A DNA stretch of 32,000 bases from Candidatus Saccharimonadota bacterium (lineage in GTDB: Bacteria; Patescibacteriota; Saccharimonadia; Saccharimonadales; Saccharimonadaceae), in assembly GCA_049296095.1 (NCBI GenBank), contig JBAQRV010000001.1:330001-362000 (forward strand), in the 5' to 3' direction. How positions within the stretch are numbered: the first letter of the stretch is position 1; each line of letters opens with the position of its first letter. Below are positions 7,732 through 16,025 of the stretch, piece after piece. The notes under the pieces are model-generated. The model ran no database searches and had not been told where the DNA came from. It worked only from the letters and a program-made list of their open reading frames with translations. The position numbers and the translations under genes are program-made.

Positions 7732-7774
7732 GAATGGCTCCCTCCGAAAGAAACTAGTAAAATATGCTCTCATA

Positions 7775-7780
7775 ATTATA
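7775..7780 (-). promoter_or_regulatory. -10 box TATAAT for ctp (about 37-nt leader with strong SD)
   Basis: rc of 7775-7780 reads TATAAT. It partly overlaps the foot of the 7778-7805 hairpin. Confidence 0.35.
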
Positions 7781-7805
7781 CCGCACCCTGAGGCGGGTGC
7801 GGTAT
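7778..7805 (-). terminator. Strong hairpin after the PcsB-like gene (terminator or RNA-stability element, weak U-tract)
   Basis: 11-bp perfect stem ATACCGCACCC / GGGTGCGGTAT with a 6-nt loop, 27 nt downstream of the stop at 7832. The minus-strand tail is AAUUAUG, which is not a classic U-run. Confidence 0.5.
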
Positions 7806-7831
7806 AAAACTCATGGTTTTAGTTGTAAAGT

Positions 7832-9013
7832 TTACTGACCAATGTAGATGTAGTGATCGAATGCATTCTCAGACAAGGTCATCTCGCTGTACATGCCATA
7901 CCCTTGACCGTAATCATAGTTATATTGGCTCACCGTTACCATACCGTTTGCTGCGCCTTCAACCCAAGCAACGTGTCCGTAGCCTTGACCAGCCTTGGCA
8001 GGATCCATCACAGCGATCGAACCAGCACGTGGCGCTCCTTCAACGTACCCAGCATTCTTAGCGTTCTGCGTGAAGTTTACGGCATTACCCCAACTATAGT
8101 AACGGCCAGTCACCTTAGCGATCTTCCAAGCAGCGTAGCTAGCACATTGACGGCAGCCATAGCCGCGTCCATCGCCACCGTTACCGTCGGCACCACCAGT
8201 CGAGAGATATCCCCACATTGGACAGTTAGTACTATTCCAAGGATACGCTGCGAGAGATCCAGCCGCGACAAGTGTGTAGCCCCCGTTGTTGTTATAACGA
8301 GCGTTAATAGCTGCCTGAGTCGCCTTTGCCTCGGCAATTTGCTGAGCACTGCTTGCAATCAAGCCTTGATAGGTCGATTCATCATTTCGAGTTCGACTCA
8401 ATAGCCCTGCCTGTTCGCTTTCCTTGGCAGCCAAGCTATCACGAGCGCTCTTTTGCTCATTCAACACCTTCTCAACAGCAACTTTCTTTTCATCAAGTTC
8501 TAGCTTCAATTGCTTCACTGTTTTAATAGTGCTGCTGAGTTGATCACGAACAGAGTTGCGGTATTCCTGCTTGTTAAGAAAGTCGGTGATGTTATCACTA
8601 CTGGCAAGCATCTCAATTGGAGAGACATTTCCATCAACATACAGGTCAGCAATTGTTGTCCCGAGGCCGTCCTGATTGTCCTTAATCGCCTTCTCTGTCT
8701 CGGTAATTTCAATCACTAACTTATCGTACTGCGTTTGATTCAAGTCAATCTGCGCCTGGAGAGCGTTTTTTTCATTGGTAATTTGAGCGAGGGCATTGGA
8801 AAGTGTCGCTGCTTCAGCGTTCAGACGGTTAGCCTCAGCCTGGTAGCGAGCCATATCAGCCTGCAGAACGGCAATCTTGTCATCATAAGGATCAGCTGAG
8901 GTCGGACGAGCAATATACAGGGCCGCTACAGTAATACCAACGACAATCGCCAAAGCGATTCCCCATTTAACGAAGCGAGAGAGTGAGACTGGTGTGGTGG
9001 CGCGCAGTTTCAT
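7832..9013 (-). CDS. PcsB-like peptidoglycan hydrolase: N-terminal anchor, long coiled coil, C-terminal CHAP domain
   Basis: 393 aa: TM/signal anchor, about 200 aa of heptad-rich coiled coil, then a CHAP domain with catalytic Cys (GCRQCASYAAWK) and His (GHVAWVEG). Confidence 0.85.
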   Translation of the reverse strand: MKLRATTPVSLSRFVKWGIALAIVVGITVAALYIARPTSADPYDDKIAVLQADMARYQAEANRLNAEAATLSNALAQITNEKNALQAQIDLNQTQYDKLVIEITETEKAIKDNQDGLGTTIADLYVDGNVSPIEMLASSDNITDFLNKQEYRNSVRDQLSSTIKTVKQLKLELDEKKVAVEKVLNEQKSARDSLAAKESEQAGLLSRTRNDESTYQGLIASSAQQIAEAKATQAAINARYNNNGGYTLVAAGSLAAYPWNSTNCPMWGYLSTGGADGNGGDGRGYGCRQCASYAAWKIAKVTGRYYSWGNAVNFTQNAKNAGYVEGAPRAGSIAVMDPAKAGQGYGHVAWVEGAANGMVTVSQYNYDYGQGYGMYSEMTLSENAFDHYIYIGQ

Positions 9014-9023
9014 AACTTATTCA

Positions 9024-9032
9024 ACTTTAGCA
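9024..9032 (-). promoter_or_regulatory. Extended -10 box TGCTAAAGT, 10 nt upstream of the PcsB-like ATG
   Basis: rc of 9024-9032 reads TGCTAAAGT. The spacer is tgaataagtt with no SD. Confidence 0.4.
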
Positions 9033-9048
9033 TAACCATGATCAAACG

Positions 9049-10584
9049 TCAATCAGTCGGAATAGCAGATACTTCGACGGGAATATTCGAAGAATTAGAA
9101 GCACCATTCCCCAGCTGACCCCCTGTGCCAAGCCCCCAGCAATATGCTTGCCCACCCGCGATCGCACAAGTTGTATTATTGCCAGCAGACATAGCAGAGA
9201 CAGTTTTCCCGCTTAACACTCCAGCGGTCGATACCGCAACTGGTACATTTGAAGAGGTCCCGGCATTACCTAACTGCCCACTCGATCCACTACCCCAACA
9301 AAAGGCTTGGCCATCTGCAATAGCACACGTGTGACTCGATCCACTAGTGATTGCGGTCACTGTCTTGCCAGAAAGTACGCCAGCTGTCGAAACAGCCACA
9401 TAAGAGGTCGAGGAGGCACTCACACCTTGCCCTAGTTGCCCACTCGTTCCGCTTCCAGCACAATATACTTGGCTATCAGCTATGACACATGTAAATCCGG
9501 TACCTAACGAGATACCCGTTATTGATTTTCCGGCCAAAACCCCCGAGCCTGACACGAGGACCGGGGAGGTTGATGACGATGTACTCCCGACTCCATACTG
9601 ACCCAAGGAATTAGTTCCCCAACAGTATGCTCCACTATCAGCAATGGCACAGGTGTGGTTATTGCCGCCATTAATGGCTGTTACTGTTTTTCCGGCCAAT
9701 GCGCCATCAGCTGTCACTGCAACCGGTATATTCGAGCTTGTCGTGCTACTATTTCCTAACCGACCACCTGTATTACTTCCCCAGCAAAAGGCTTGGCCAT
9801 CTGCAACTGCACAACTGTGAGCGTCGCCAGCACCAACCGCAGTGACTGTTTTTCCTGCCAATACCCCCGATATAGAAACGGCTACAGGAGAATACGAATG
9901 ACTTGAGCTAGCATTACCAAGCCTTCCGTTTGTATTATTTCCCCAGCAAAAGGCTTGGCCATTTGCGACTGCACAAATATGTTCAAGTCCTCTTGAGATG
10001 GCTGAGATTGATTTGCCCGATAATACACCGGTCGTTACCGTAGCGACAGGTATATTAGACGAAGTGGGCGTCCCCCCATTACCGAGTGCGTACGAGGCTC
10101 CCCAACAATAAGCCTTACCTGCAACAACACCACAGGACACAAACTGTGTGCTCGCGATAGCACTCCACACCGTTCCTGTTTCATGCTCACTACAAACCCC
10201 GGCAGTGACAGCTTTGGCACTACTATCAATGTGATATGCCAAAGTATTCAGTCGTGTCGATGTCGCAGATAAGCAATAGCTATTTGTCTCGTTCGTGTAA
10301 GTATATTGGTAGGTCGTACCATCACTCGCCTTAAGGTTGGCTGTGGCTAAATCTACTGGATAGTGTTCACTCCCGCTATCAGTTTTTGCAACCTCAAGCT
10401 GGTTGGCTGCCGAACGCAGATCAGACTGTAGTACTGACTCAGCGGCGCGTTGTTGTATCCCATTAAACGCGACGAGTGATAGCGCAGCTAAGATCCCAAT
10501 AACAACGATAACGATCAAGAGCTCAACAATCGTAAAACCCCTTCGTAAATGTCGATGCGTGTTACCTATTGCCCGTTTCGTCAT
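9049..10584 (-). CDS. Type IV pilin-like protein fused to a seven-repeat RCC1-like beta-propeller
   Basis: Prepilin class III signal (MTKRAIGNTHRHLRRG|FTIVELLIVIVVIGILAALSL, with Glu at +5) and a pilin-like head with a Cys104/Cys131 pair. Seven repeats of about 54 aa follow, each with a C(W/A)G...G(Q/R)LG motif (C160, 213, 267, 321, 375, 429, 482). Confidence 0.88.
   Translation of the reverse strand: MTKRAIGNTHRHLRRGFTIVELLIVIVVIGILAALSLVAFNGIQQRAAESVLQSDLRSAANQLEVAKTDSGSEHYPVDLATANLKASDGTTYQYTYTNETNSYCLSATSTRLNTLAYHIDSSAKAVTAGVCSEHETGTVWSAIASTQFVSCGVVAGKAYCWGASYALGNGGTPTSSNIPVATVTTGVLSGKSISAISRGLEHICAVANGQAFCWGNNTNGRLGNASSSHSYSPVAVSISGVLAGKTVTAVGAGDAHSCAVADGQAFCWGSNTGGRLGNSSTTSSNIPVAVTADGALAGKTVTAINGGNNHTCAIADSGAYCWGTNSLGQYGVGSTSSSTSPVLVSGSGVLAGKSITGISLGTGFTCVIADSQVYCAGSGTSGQLGQGVSASSTSYVAVSTAGVLSGKTVTAITSGSSHTCAIADGQAFCWGSGSSGQLGNAGTSSNVPVAVSTAGVLSGKTVSAMSAGNNTTCAIAGGQAYCWGLGTGGQLGNGASNSSNIPVEVSAIPTD
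9052..10167 (-). repeat. Seven tandem intragenic repeats of about 162 nt (RCC1-like blades)
   Basis: The CWG codons recur every 159-162 nt. An identical 16-nt core, caaaaggcttggccat, occurs at 9299-9314, 9785-9800 and 9947-9962, with offsets of 486 and 162 nt. Confidence 0.8.
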
Positions 10585-10622
10585 GCGATGTCTGACCGTG
10601 TCCTGTACTAGTTCCGTTATGT

Positions 10623-11609
10623 TTATAGCTTGAGGTAGCGACGGGTTGCCATTAATGACGATACAATGCCGATAAATGCCCCGATAAGGATCATTCCAAG
10701 AAGGACGAATCCAGCGTAGTATGTGATGATATCAAGCGTCGGCTGGACCGTAATTCCCTGTTGCGTCAGGCCTGGAGCCGCAAAGTACAAGACAGCATAC
10801 CCCATCGCACTTGCGATCAGGGCAGCAAAGAAGCCATACACGATCGCCTCGACGACGAATGGACCTCGTATAAATGAACGTTCGGCACCAATTAGTTTCA
10901 TCATCTGAATTTCTTCACGGCGATTAAAGATAGCCATGCGGATCGTGTTAAAGATGATCAGCGTCGAAATCAGCACGAAAATCACACTGGCGCCAATCCC
11001 GACTTTCTGAGCAAAATCAATCGCTTGAGCAATTGTCTCGATAGTCGCCTTCTTGGTACCCGCAAATGACGGTGGACGATTTGGGTCGAGCCGTTCTTTT
11101 GCGTATTCATTATCGGTTACAAAGGTTGCCAATTCACTCGTATTATTGATATCGGCCACCTTGATATTTAGTGTCCATGGGAATTTATTCGTTGCTTCTT
11201 TAATAGCGTCTAGGGCATCATTATCTTCCTTGTTCTGTTGAACAAAGCTGTCACGTGCATCCTGTGGCGATATTGTCGTCACACCAATAACTGACGGCAG
11301 ATCGTTGAGATCAGCTGCAACTTTCGTCACCTCTTCATTCGTTGTTTCGGTCTTTAGATAAATCGACATACTAATGTTATCTTGGAGGTTTGTTAGGGTA
11401 TCAACCAAGATATTACGCGCAGATACGCTGGTAAAGACAATAAATAGTGTGATCGTCATGACGGCCGTTGCAGCAATTGTTAGCCAGGCGTTACGGGTGA
11501 AATTATTGATACCGTAGCGACACATGCGCATAAATGTCGTCCATTGGCGGTGGTGACGCTTTTGTTGTGCAAAGGTCTTTGAGTCGAGTTTTTTCTTACT
11601 TTTTGCCAT
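10623..11609 (-). CDS. ftsX: Cell division ABC transporter permease FtsX
   Basis: 328 aa with a basic N-terminus, TM1, a large extracytoplasmic loop and three C-terminal TM helices. TAATG overlap with the ftsE stop. Confidence 0.9.
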   Translation of the reverse strand: MAKSKKKLDSKTFAQQKRHHRQWTTFMRMCRYGINNFTRNAWLTIAATAVMTITLFIVFTSVSARNILVDTLTNLQDNISMSIYLKTETTNEEVTKVAADLNDLPSVIGVTTISPQDARDSFVQQNKEDNDALDAIKEATNKFPWTLNIKVADINNTSELATFVTDNEYAKERLDPNRPPSFAGTKKATIETIAQAIDFAQKVGIGASVIFVLISTLIIFNTIRMAIFNRREEIQMMKLIGAERSFIRGPFVVEAIVYGFFAALIASAMGYAVLYFAAPGLTQQGITVQPTLDIITYYAGFVLLGMILIGAFIGIVSSLMATRRYLKL

Positions 11610-12292
11610 TATTGTCGATAACTTCCTTCAGCTTGGTCGCCGGTAATTTTACCGCCTTCGATCGTGATCACCCGTCGCTTCAATTTATTAACAATTTCAG
11701 CGTTGTGAGTTGTGAGCAGAACGGTAGTGCCGTATTTATTGATCTTTTCAAGCAGTCGAACGATGTCCCAGCTGTGTTTTGGATCGAGGTTTCCGGTTGG
11801 CTCATCAGCAATGAGGATCTTTGGTTGTCGAACAACTGCACGCGCAATCGCTACCCGTTGTCGCTCTCCGCCAGAGAGCTGGTGTGGGAATTGCTTTTCC
11901 TTACCGGTCAATCCAACCAGGTCGATAACCTTTGGAACTGTATTTTTGATTTCTCGGCCAGTCATACCGGCAATCTCGAGAGCAAAGGCAATATTTTCAA
12001 AGACGGTGCGTTGCGGCAAGAGTTTGAAATCTTGAAAGACCACACCAATTTTACGGCGAAGCATCGGGATCTGAGAATCCTTCAAAGTATCATAGTCAAT
12101 CCCACCGACAACAATCTTGCCACTGGTCGGTTTTTCTTCACGAGTTAAGAGTTTGAGAAGGGTTGATTTTCCGGCACCACTGGCACCAACAATAATCACG
12201 AATTCACGTGGCTCAATAAAGACACTCAGACGGCTGAGTGCTGGTGTACTATCTTTACCGTACGTTTTTGTTACCCTATCTAACAGAATCAT
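11609..12292 (-). CDS. ftsE: Cell division ATP-binding protein FtsE
   Basis: 227 aa with Walker A (GASGAGKST), ABC signature (LSGGERQR) and Walker B (ILIADEPT). Paired with ftsX. Confidence 0.92.
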   Translation of the reverse strand: MILLDRVTKTYGKDSTPALSRLSVFIEPREFVIIVGASGAGKSTLLKLLTREEKPTSGKIVVGGIDYDTLKDSQIPMLRRKIGVVFQDFKLLPQRTVFENIAFALEIAGMTGREIKNTVPKVIDLVGLTGKEKQFPHQLSGGERQRVAIARAVVRQPKILIADEPTGNLDPKHSWDIVRLLEKINKYGTTVLLTTHNAEIVNKLKRRVITIEGGKITGDQAEGSYRQ

Positions 12293-12302
12293 TACTAGAC
12301 GT

Positions 12303-12311
12303 ATTATAGCA
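12303..12311 (-). promoter_or_regulatory. Extended -10 box TGCTATAAT, 10 nt upstream of the ftsE ATG (leaderless-type)
   Basis: rc of 12303-12311 reads TGCTATAAT. The spacer is acgtctagta with no SD. Confidence 0.45.
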
Positions 12312-12334
12312 TAAAGGGAATCAAAAAAAGTACC

Positions 12335-13417
12335 CTAGGACTTCTCTGGCGCTTCCAAAAATGCCTCCATAAACCCATCGAGATCACCATCCAAAACACC
12401 TTGAGCATTATTCGTCTCATGCTTCGTCCGTGCATCCTTCACTAAAGTGTACGGATGGAGGACGTAGTTTCGGATCTGACTTCCCCAGTTGGCTGACTCG
12501 CCTGCTTGTAGTTCGGTAATCGAACTGACGTGTTGTTCCATTTGAAGTTGCGCGAGTTTTGAGCGCAATAATTTCATGGCAGTTTCTTTATTCTGCAGCT
12601 GCGAGCGTTCATTCTGAATCGCCACGACAATGCCGGTCGGAATATGAGTAATGCGAACCGCGCTATCGGTCGTATTGACTGATTGACCACCATGGCCGCC
12701 AGCGCGGTACACATCAATCTTGAGATCTTTGTCGTCAATCTTCAGTTCATCCGGCGCATCAATCTGCGGTAGCACCTCCACTAGTGCGAAACTGGTTTGA
12801 CGAAGATTATCACTGTTGTACGGACTGAGACGAACGAGACGATGTACACCATGCTCACTTCTCAATTTGCCGTAGGCAAAACCACCGATAATCTCAATCA
12901 CACTCGACTTTATACCTGCCTCCTCACCCTGTGATCGCTCAATCACTGTCGCAGACATTCCTGACCGCTCAGCCCAACGAAGATACATCCGTTCAAGCAT
13001 TTCTGTCCAATCCTGGGCATCAGTTCCACCAGCTCCAGCACTTAAACGAAGAATCGCATTATGGTCATCAAACTCACCATCAAATAATAGGTCTTTACGA
13101 AGTCGTTGGAACTCTTTTTCCAGTGCAATAATCTGACCTTCGAATTCACCGAGCAAGCTATCATCATCGAGATCCATCAGTTCAGTCATATCGCTCACTT
13201 GAGCCCGTAGGGTGAGCCAAGGATCGACGACGTTCTTTAGAGCCGCTAGTTGTTTACTTTTTGCCTGAGCAACGGAAGGATTATTCCAAATTTCAGATGT
13301 GGCCATTACCTGCTCGAGTGCATCAATCTCGGCCTGTTTATCGGTAATATGGAGTCGTTCTAGGGCTGCTTCAACTTCAGGACGCAGCTCATTCAGTCGT
13401 TTTATCAGGGGTTGCAT
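12335..13417 (-). CDS. prfB: Peptide chain release factor 2
   Basis: GGQ motif (GGHGGQSVN), an RF2-type recognition loop (LSPYNSDNLRQTSF), and collinearity with E. coli RF2. The frame is continuous with no +1 frameshift site. The start is placed at the ATG at 13417 (MQPLIKRL), which removes the overlap with murD. Confidence 0.93.
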   Translation of the reverse strand: MQPLIKRLNELRPEVEAALERLHITDKQAEIDALEQVMATSEIWNNPSVAQAKSKQLAALKNVVDPWLTLRAQVSDMTELMDLDDDSLLGEFEGQIIALEKEFQRLRKDLLFDGEFDDHNAILRLSAGAGGTDAQDWTEMLERMYLRWAERSGMSATVIERSQGEEAGIKSSVIEIIGGFAYGKLRSEHGVHRLVRLSPYNSDNLRQTSFALVEVLPQIDAPDELKIDDKDLKIDVYRAGGHGGQSVNTTDSAVRITHIPTGIVVAIQNERSQLQNKETAMKLLRSKLAQLQMEQHVSSITELQAGESANWGSQIRNYVLHPYTLVKDARTKHETNNAQGVLDGDLDGFMEAFLEAPEKS

Positions 13418-13424
13418 AGTCTCT

Positions 13425-13430
13425 ACTATA
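13425..13430 (-). promoter_or_regulatory. -10 box TATAGT, 7 nt upstream of the prfB ATG (leaderless-type)
   Basis: rc of 13425-13430 reads TATAGT. The spacer is agagact, followed by the ATG at 13417. Confidence 0.35.
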
Positions 13431-13442
13431 CAGGAAAGTGCC

Positions 13443-14723
13443 TTATAGTGCGTTGACCGCGGCGATAAACTGCTCACCTCGATCGACATAATTCTTGAAC
13501 ATACCAAAACTTGCCGCCGCTGGACTCAGCAGTACTGCTGCGCCAGGCTGCGCCAGCTCGTGGGCTCGACGCACGAACGCCTCTGCTCCCCCGTCAATGG
13601 TCTCAAAATCTTCGAATTCTACCGCTCGAAGTGCTTCAGCAATACGCGGCGCTTCATCTCCCACCAAGATAGCCTGCACATCATGCAGCTTCATCTCTCT
13701 CGCTAATTCACTGAAATCGGATCCTTTTGATGAACCGCCTAGAATAATTATTTTAGGGCGATCAAAAGCTCGCAGTGCAGCGATTGCCGAACCTGGTGTA
13801 GTTGCGATGCTGTCATCATAGTAATCAACACCATCTACAGTCCGAACAAAAGACAATCGATGTGCCAAGCCTTTAAAATTAGTAAGCCCTGTCTCAATAA
13901 CCTGTGGGTCTTTCGTATACTGCCAGATCGCGTCAATCGCTGCTGTAGCATTATCAACGTTATGCGCACCAGCAATCTTTAAAGCATCAACTGAACACAA
14001 TTCTTGTTCATTATAGAAAAACTTTCCCTCAAAAACATGTGCGCTATTCTGCCCCGGATAGGCGACTTTCTTTGCTGATGACAGATCAGCGATCTGCCGT
14101 GAATACTCGTTGTGGGCATTAAATATGAGTAGGTCGTCAGGAGATTGAAAGCGTGCAATATTGCCTTTCGCCTCGATATACTCCGACATATCTGCATGGA
14201 CATCGAGGTGCTCTTGTTCAATAAAGAGCACAACCGCTGTCTTCGGCGAACGCTCAATATCCCATAGTTGAAAACTCGAAAGTTCATATACTACGATGTC
14301 ATTCGGTTGAATCTCGCCAAGGATATCCAGTGACGGTTGTCCAATATTCCCGACCAACCACACCTTTCGCCCATCCGCCTCTAGTATTGAGCTAATCAAA
14401 CTTGAGGTTGTCCCCTTACCCTTAGAGCCAGTGACACCGATAATATCAGCTGGGCATTTTGCAAAGAATTCATTCGTCGCCGACCAAATCTTTCCATCCG
14501 TCGTGATCTTGTGCGGAGCAAGCCCGGCGGTACGAATCACCAGATCGAACCCATTCAGCTGCTCAAATGCATCCGGTGCCAATAGTGTTGGCACTCCCTC
14601 TGGAAGGGGTCGATCTGGAATATCTTTCTGATCAACAATCGTTATCTGATTGTCAGGATCTTGCGACCAGTAGGCATAGTTGGCCTCACCCTCAACCCCG
14701 TACCCAGCAATCGCAATCTTCAT
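13443..14723 (-). CDS. murD: UDP-N-acetylmuramoylalanine--D-glutamate ligase
   Basis: 426 aa with an N-terminal Rossmann-like segment (KIAIAGYGVEG) and the Mur ligase P-loop (GVTGSKGKGTT), collinear with MurD. It is not located within a dcw cluster here. Confidence 0.9.
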   Translation of the reverse strand: MKIAIAGYGVEGEANYAYWSQDPDNQITIVDQKDIPDRPLPEGVPTLLAPDAFEQLNGFDLVIRTAGLAPHKITTDGKIWSATNEFFAKCPADIIGVTGSKGKGTTSSLISSILEADGRKVWLVGNIGQPSLDILGEIQPNDIVVYELSSFQLWDIERSPKTAVVLFIEQEHLDVHADMSEYIEAKGNIARFQSPDDLLIFNAHNEYSRQIADLSSAKKVAYPGQNSAHVFEGKFFYNEQELCSVDALKIAGAHNVDNATAAIDAIWQYTKDPQVIETGLTNFKGLAHRLSFVRTVDGVDYYDDSIATTPGSAIAALRAFDRPKIIILGGSSKGSDFSELAREMKLHDVQAILVGDEAPRIAEALRAVEFEDFETIDGGAEAFVRRAHELAQPGAAVLLSPAAASFGMFKNYVDRGEQFIAAVNAL

Positions 14724-14732
14724 ATGCTTATT

Positions 14733-16022
14733 TTACTCGGATTTATCAAATAATGGCGCAATTTTGTCGTTTAGTTCAACCAGCTCTTCCTTGTCGCCAC
14801 TACTCACCGCGGCAAGTACCCAGGTATTGGCATCGACAAAGCTCTGTGCGGTCGCCATAATCTTCTCGCGGGTGACGCGACGGATCATATCGGGTACCTT
14901 GTCATAATCCTTGATAAAGTCATCAGCGAAATAACGATTAGTATAAAACCCGCTGATCTGCGAAACCGTCTGTGCGCCCATCTGATAACGCCCAAGACCG
15001 AATGACTTGGCAGCATCAATCTCTTCGTCTGTGAGCTTACCGTCTAGGACGGCCTTGATTTCTTTGGCAATGATGTCAAATAAAGCAGGTGCGGTGTCAT
15101 GATTCACCTGTCCAGAGATGTCCCAGGCACTATCGTAGAACCCAGCACCAGTGTAAGCACCAACGTGATACGCCAGCCCTTTCGAACGTGCTTGCCCATA
15201 GATACGAGAATTAGCCGTCCCCGTCAGAATATGGTTCAAACTATGCATTGCATCGAGCTCTTCATCTGACAACTCACGCGGCAGACTCATCGTCCAGCCG
15301 AAGGTGAGGTTCGATGCATCCTTGCGGCGAATCACCGCAGGGCCTGCACTGGCAAGTTCGTCACGTGGCACCTCAAAGCGCTCACCTTCTGGAAGTTCAA
15401 ACGCCTCCATGAGACGAATAATTTCGCTCTTTCGTCCCCGAAGCTTACCGGCAATCACAAAACGCATATTACGCGTCGTGTGCGTCCGTCGATGATGCTC
15501 ACGAATGTCCGCCAACGTGACGTTCGAAATCGTACTGAGTGACTGCCGATAGGTCAAAACGTCCTCACCGAGCAATTGTTGAACACGTGGCCACAAAATC
15601 CGATGATGATCATTCAAATAGTTAGTCAGCTCACCCCGCACGTTGCCCTTTTCGGCCTCGAGCTCAGTCTCGTTAAACTTCGGCTGACAAATACTCAGCT
15701 TTTGGAGTTCCAAAATACGATCCCATTCAAAATCAGCACAGTCTGCTTCATATACCATTGAAAGATCGGAGGTATAAGCATTGTGATAGGCCCCGTTCTT
15801 CGTAAATTCTGATTCAAAAGCATGTTCTGATTTGAATCGAGCATTTGCCCCAAAAGCCATATGTTCCATAATATGGGCAACTTGTTCGATATCTTTTGAT
15901 TTGACGTAGCGATTACCAGCGCGAAATTGGAACTGCATGCTCATCACGGTAGCACCCGGAACATTAATCAGCAGGCCTTTGGCGCCATTTTTCAGCCGTA
16001 CTTCTTCAACAGTATGATTCAT
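14733..16022 (-). CDS. M16 family (pitrilysin/insulinase-like) zinc peptidase
   Basis: 429 aa with the inverted zinc motif HxxEH (HIMEH) near the N-terminus and two-domain M16 length. Confidence 0.85.
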   Translation of the reverse strand: MNHTVEEVRLKNGAKGLLINVPGATVMSMQFQFRAGNRYVKSKDIEQVAHIMEHMAFGANARFKSEHAFESEFTKNGAYHNAYTSDLSMVYEADCADFEWDRILELQKLSICQPKFNETELEAEKGNVRGELTNYLNDHHRILWPRVQQLLGEDVLTYRQSLSTISNVTLADIREHHRRTHTTRNMRFVIAGKLRGRKSEIIRLMEAFELPEGERFEVPRDELASAGPAVIRRKDASNLTFGWTMSLPRELSDEELDAMHSLNHILTGTANSRIYGQARSKGLAYHVGAYTGAGFYDSAWDISGQVNHDTAPALFDIIAKEIKAVLDGKLTDEEIDAAKSFGLGRYQMGAQTVSQISGFYTNRYFADDFIKDYDKVPDMIRRVTREKIMATAQSFVDANTWVLAAVSSGDKEELVELNDKIAPLFDKSE

Positions 16023-16025
16023 AAA

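Noticed and set aside
7732-7773. Longer start for the Ctp protease (MRAYFTSFFRREPF...)
   Set aside because: GGAGGGAG sits 6 nt upstream of the internal ATG at 7731 and would lie inside the extension, so the extension is unlikely to be translated.
7853-8404. Long antisense ORFs inside real genes (7853-8404, 11534-12148, 17529-18017, 25350-25838 and similar)
   Set aside because: Each lies wholly inside a confidently identified gene (CHAP hydrolase, ftsE/X, secA, lysS) on the opposite strand. None has start-site signals or recognisable motifs, so they are ordinary shadow ORFs.
9049-10584. Diversity-generating retroelement target or phase-variable homopolymer in the pilin-RCC1 gene
   Set aside because: There is no reverse transcriptase or template-repeat copy in the window, no C-type-lectin variable region, and no long homopolymer or short tandem tract in the gene or its upstream region. 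Only in-phase blade homology is present, and that is reported separately.
13418-13507. N-terminal extension of prfB (MVCSRIMS...) and a possible programmed +1 frameshift
   Set aside because: The extension overlaps murD by 65 nt and has no RF2 homology, whereas MQPLIKRL aligns with RF2 N-termini and has a -10 box 7 nt upstream. No CUU-UGA-type shift site is present, and the frame is continuous.
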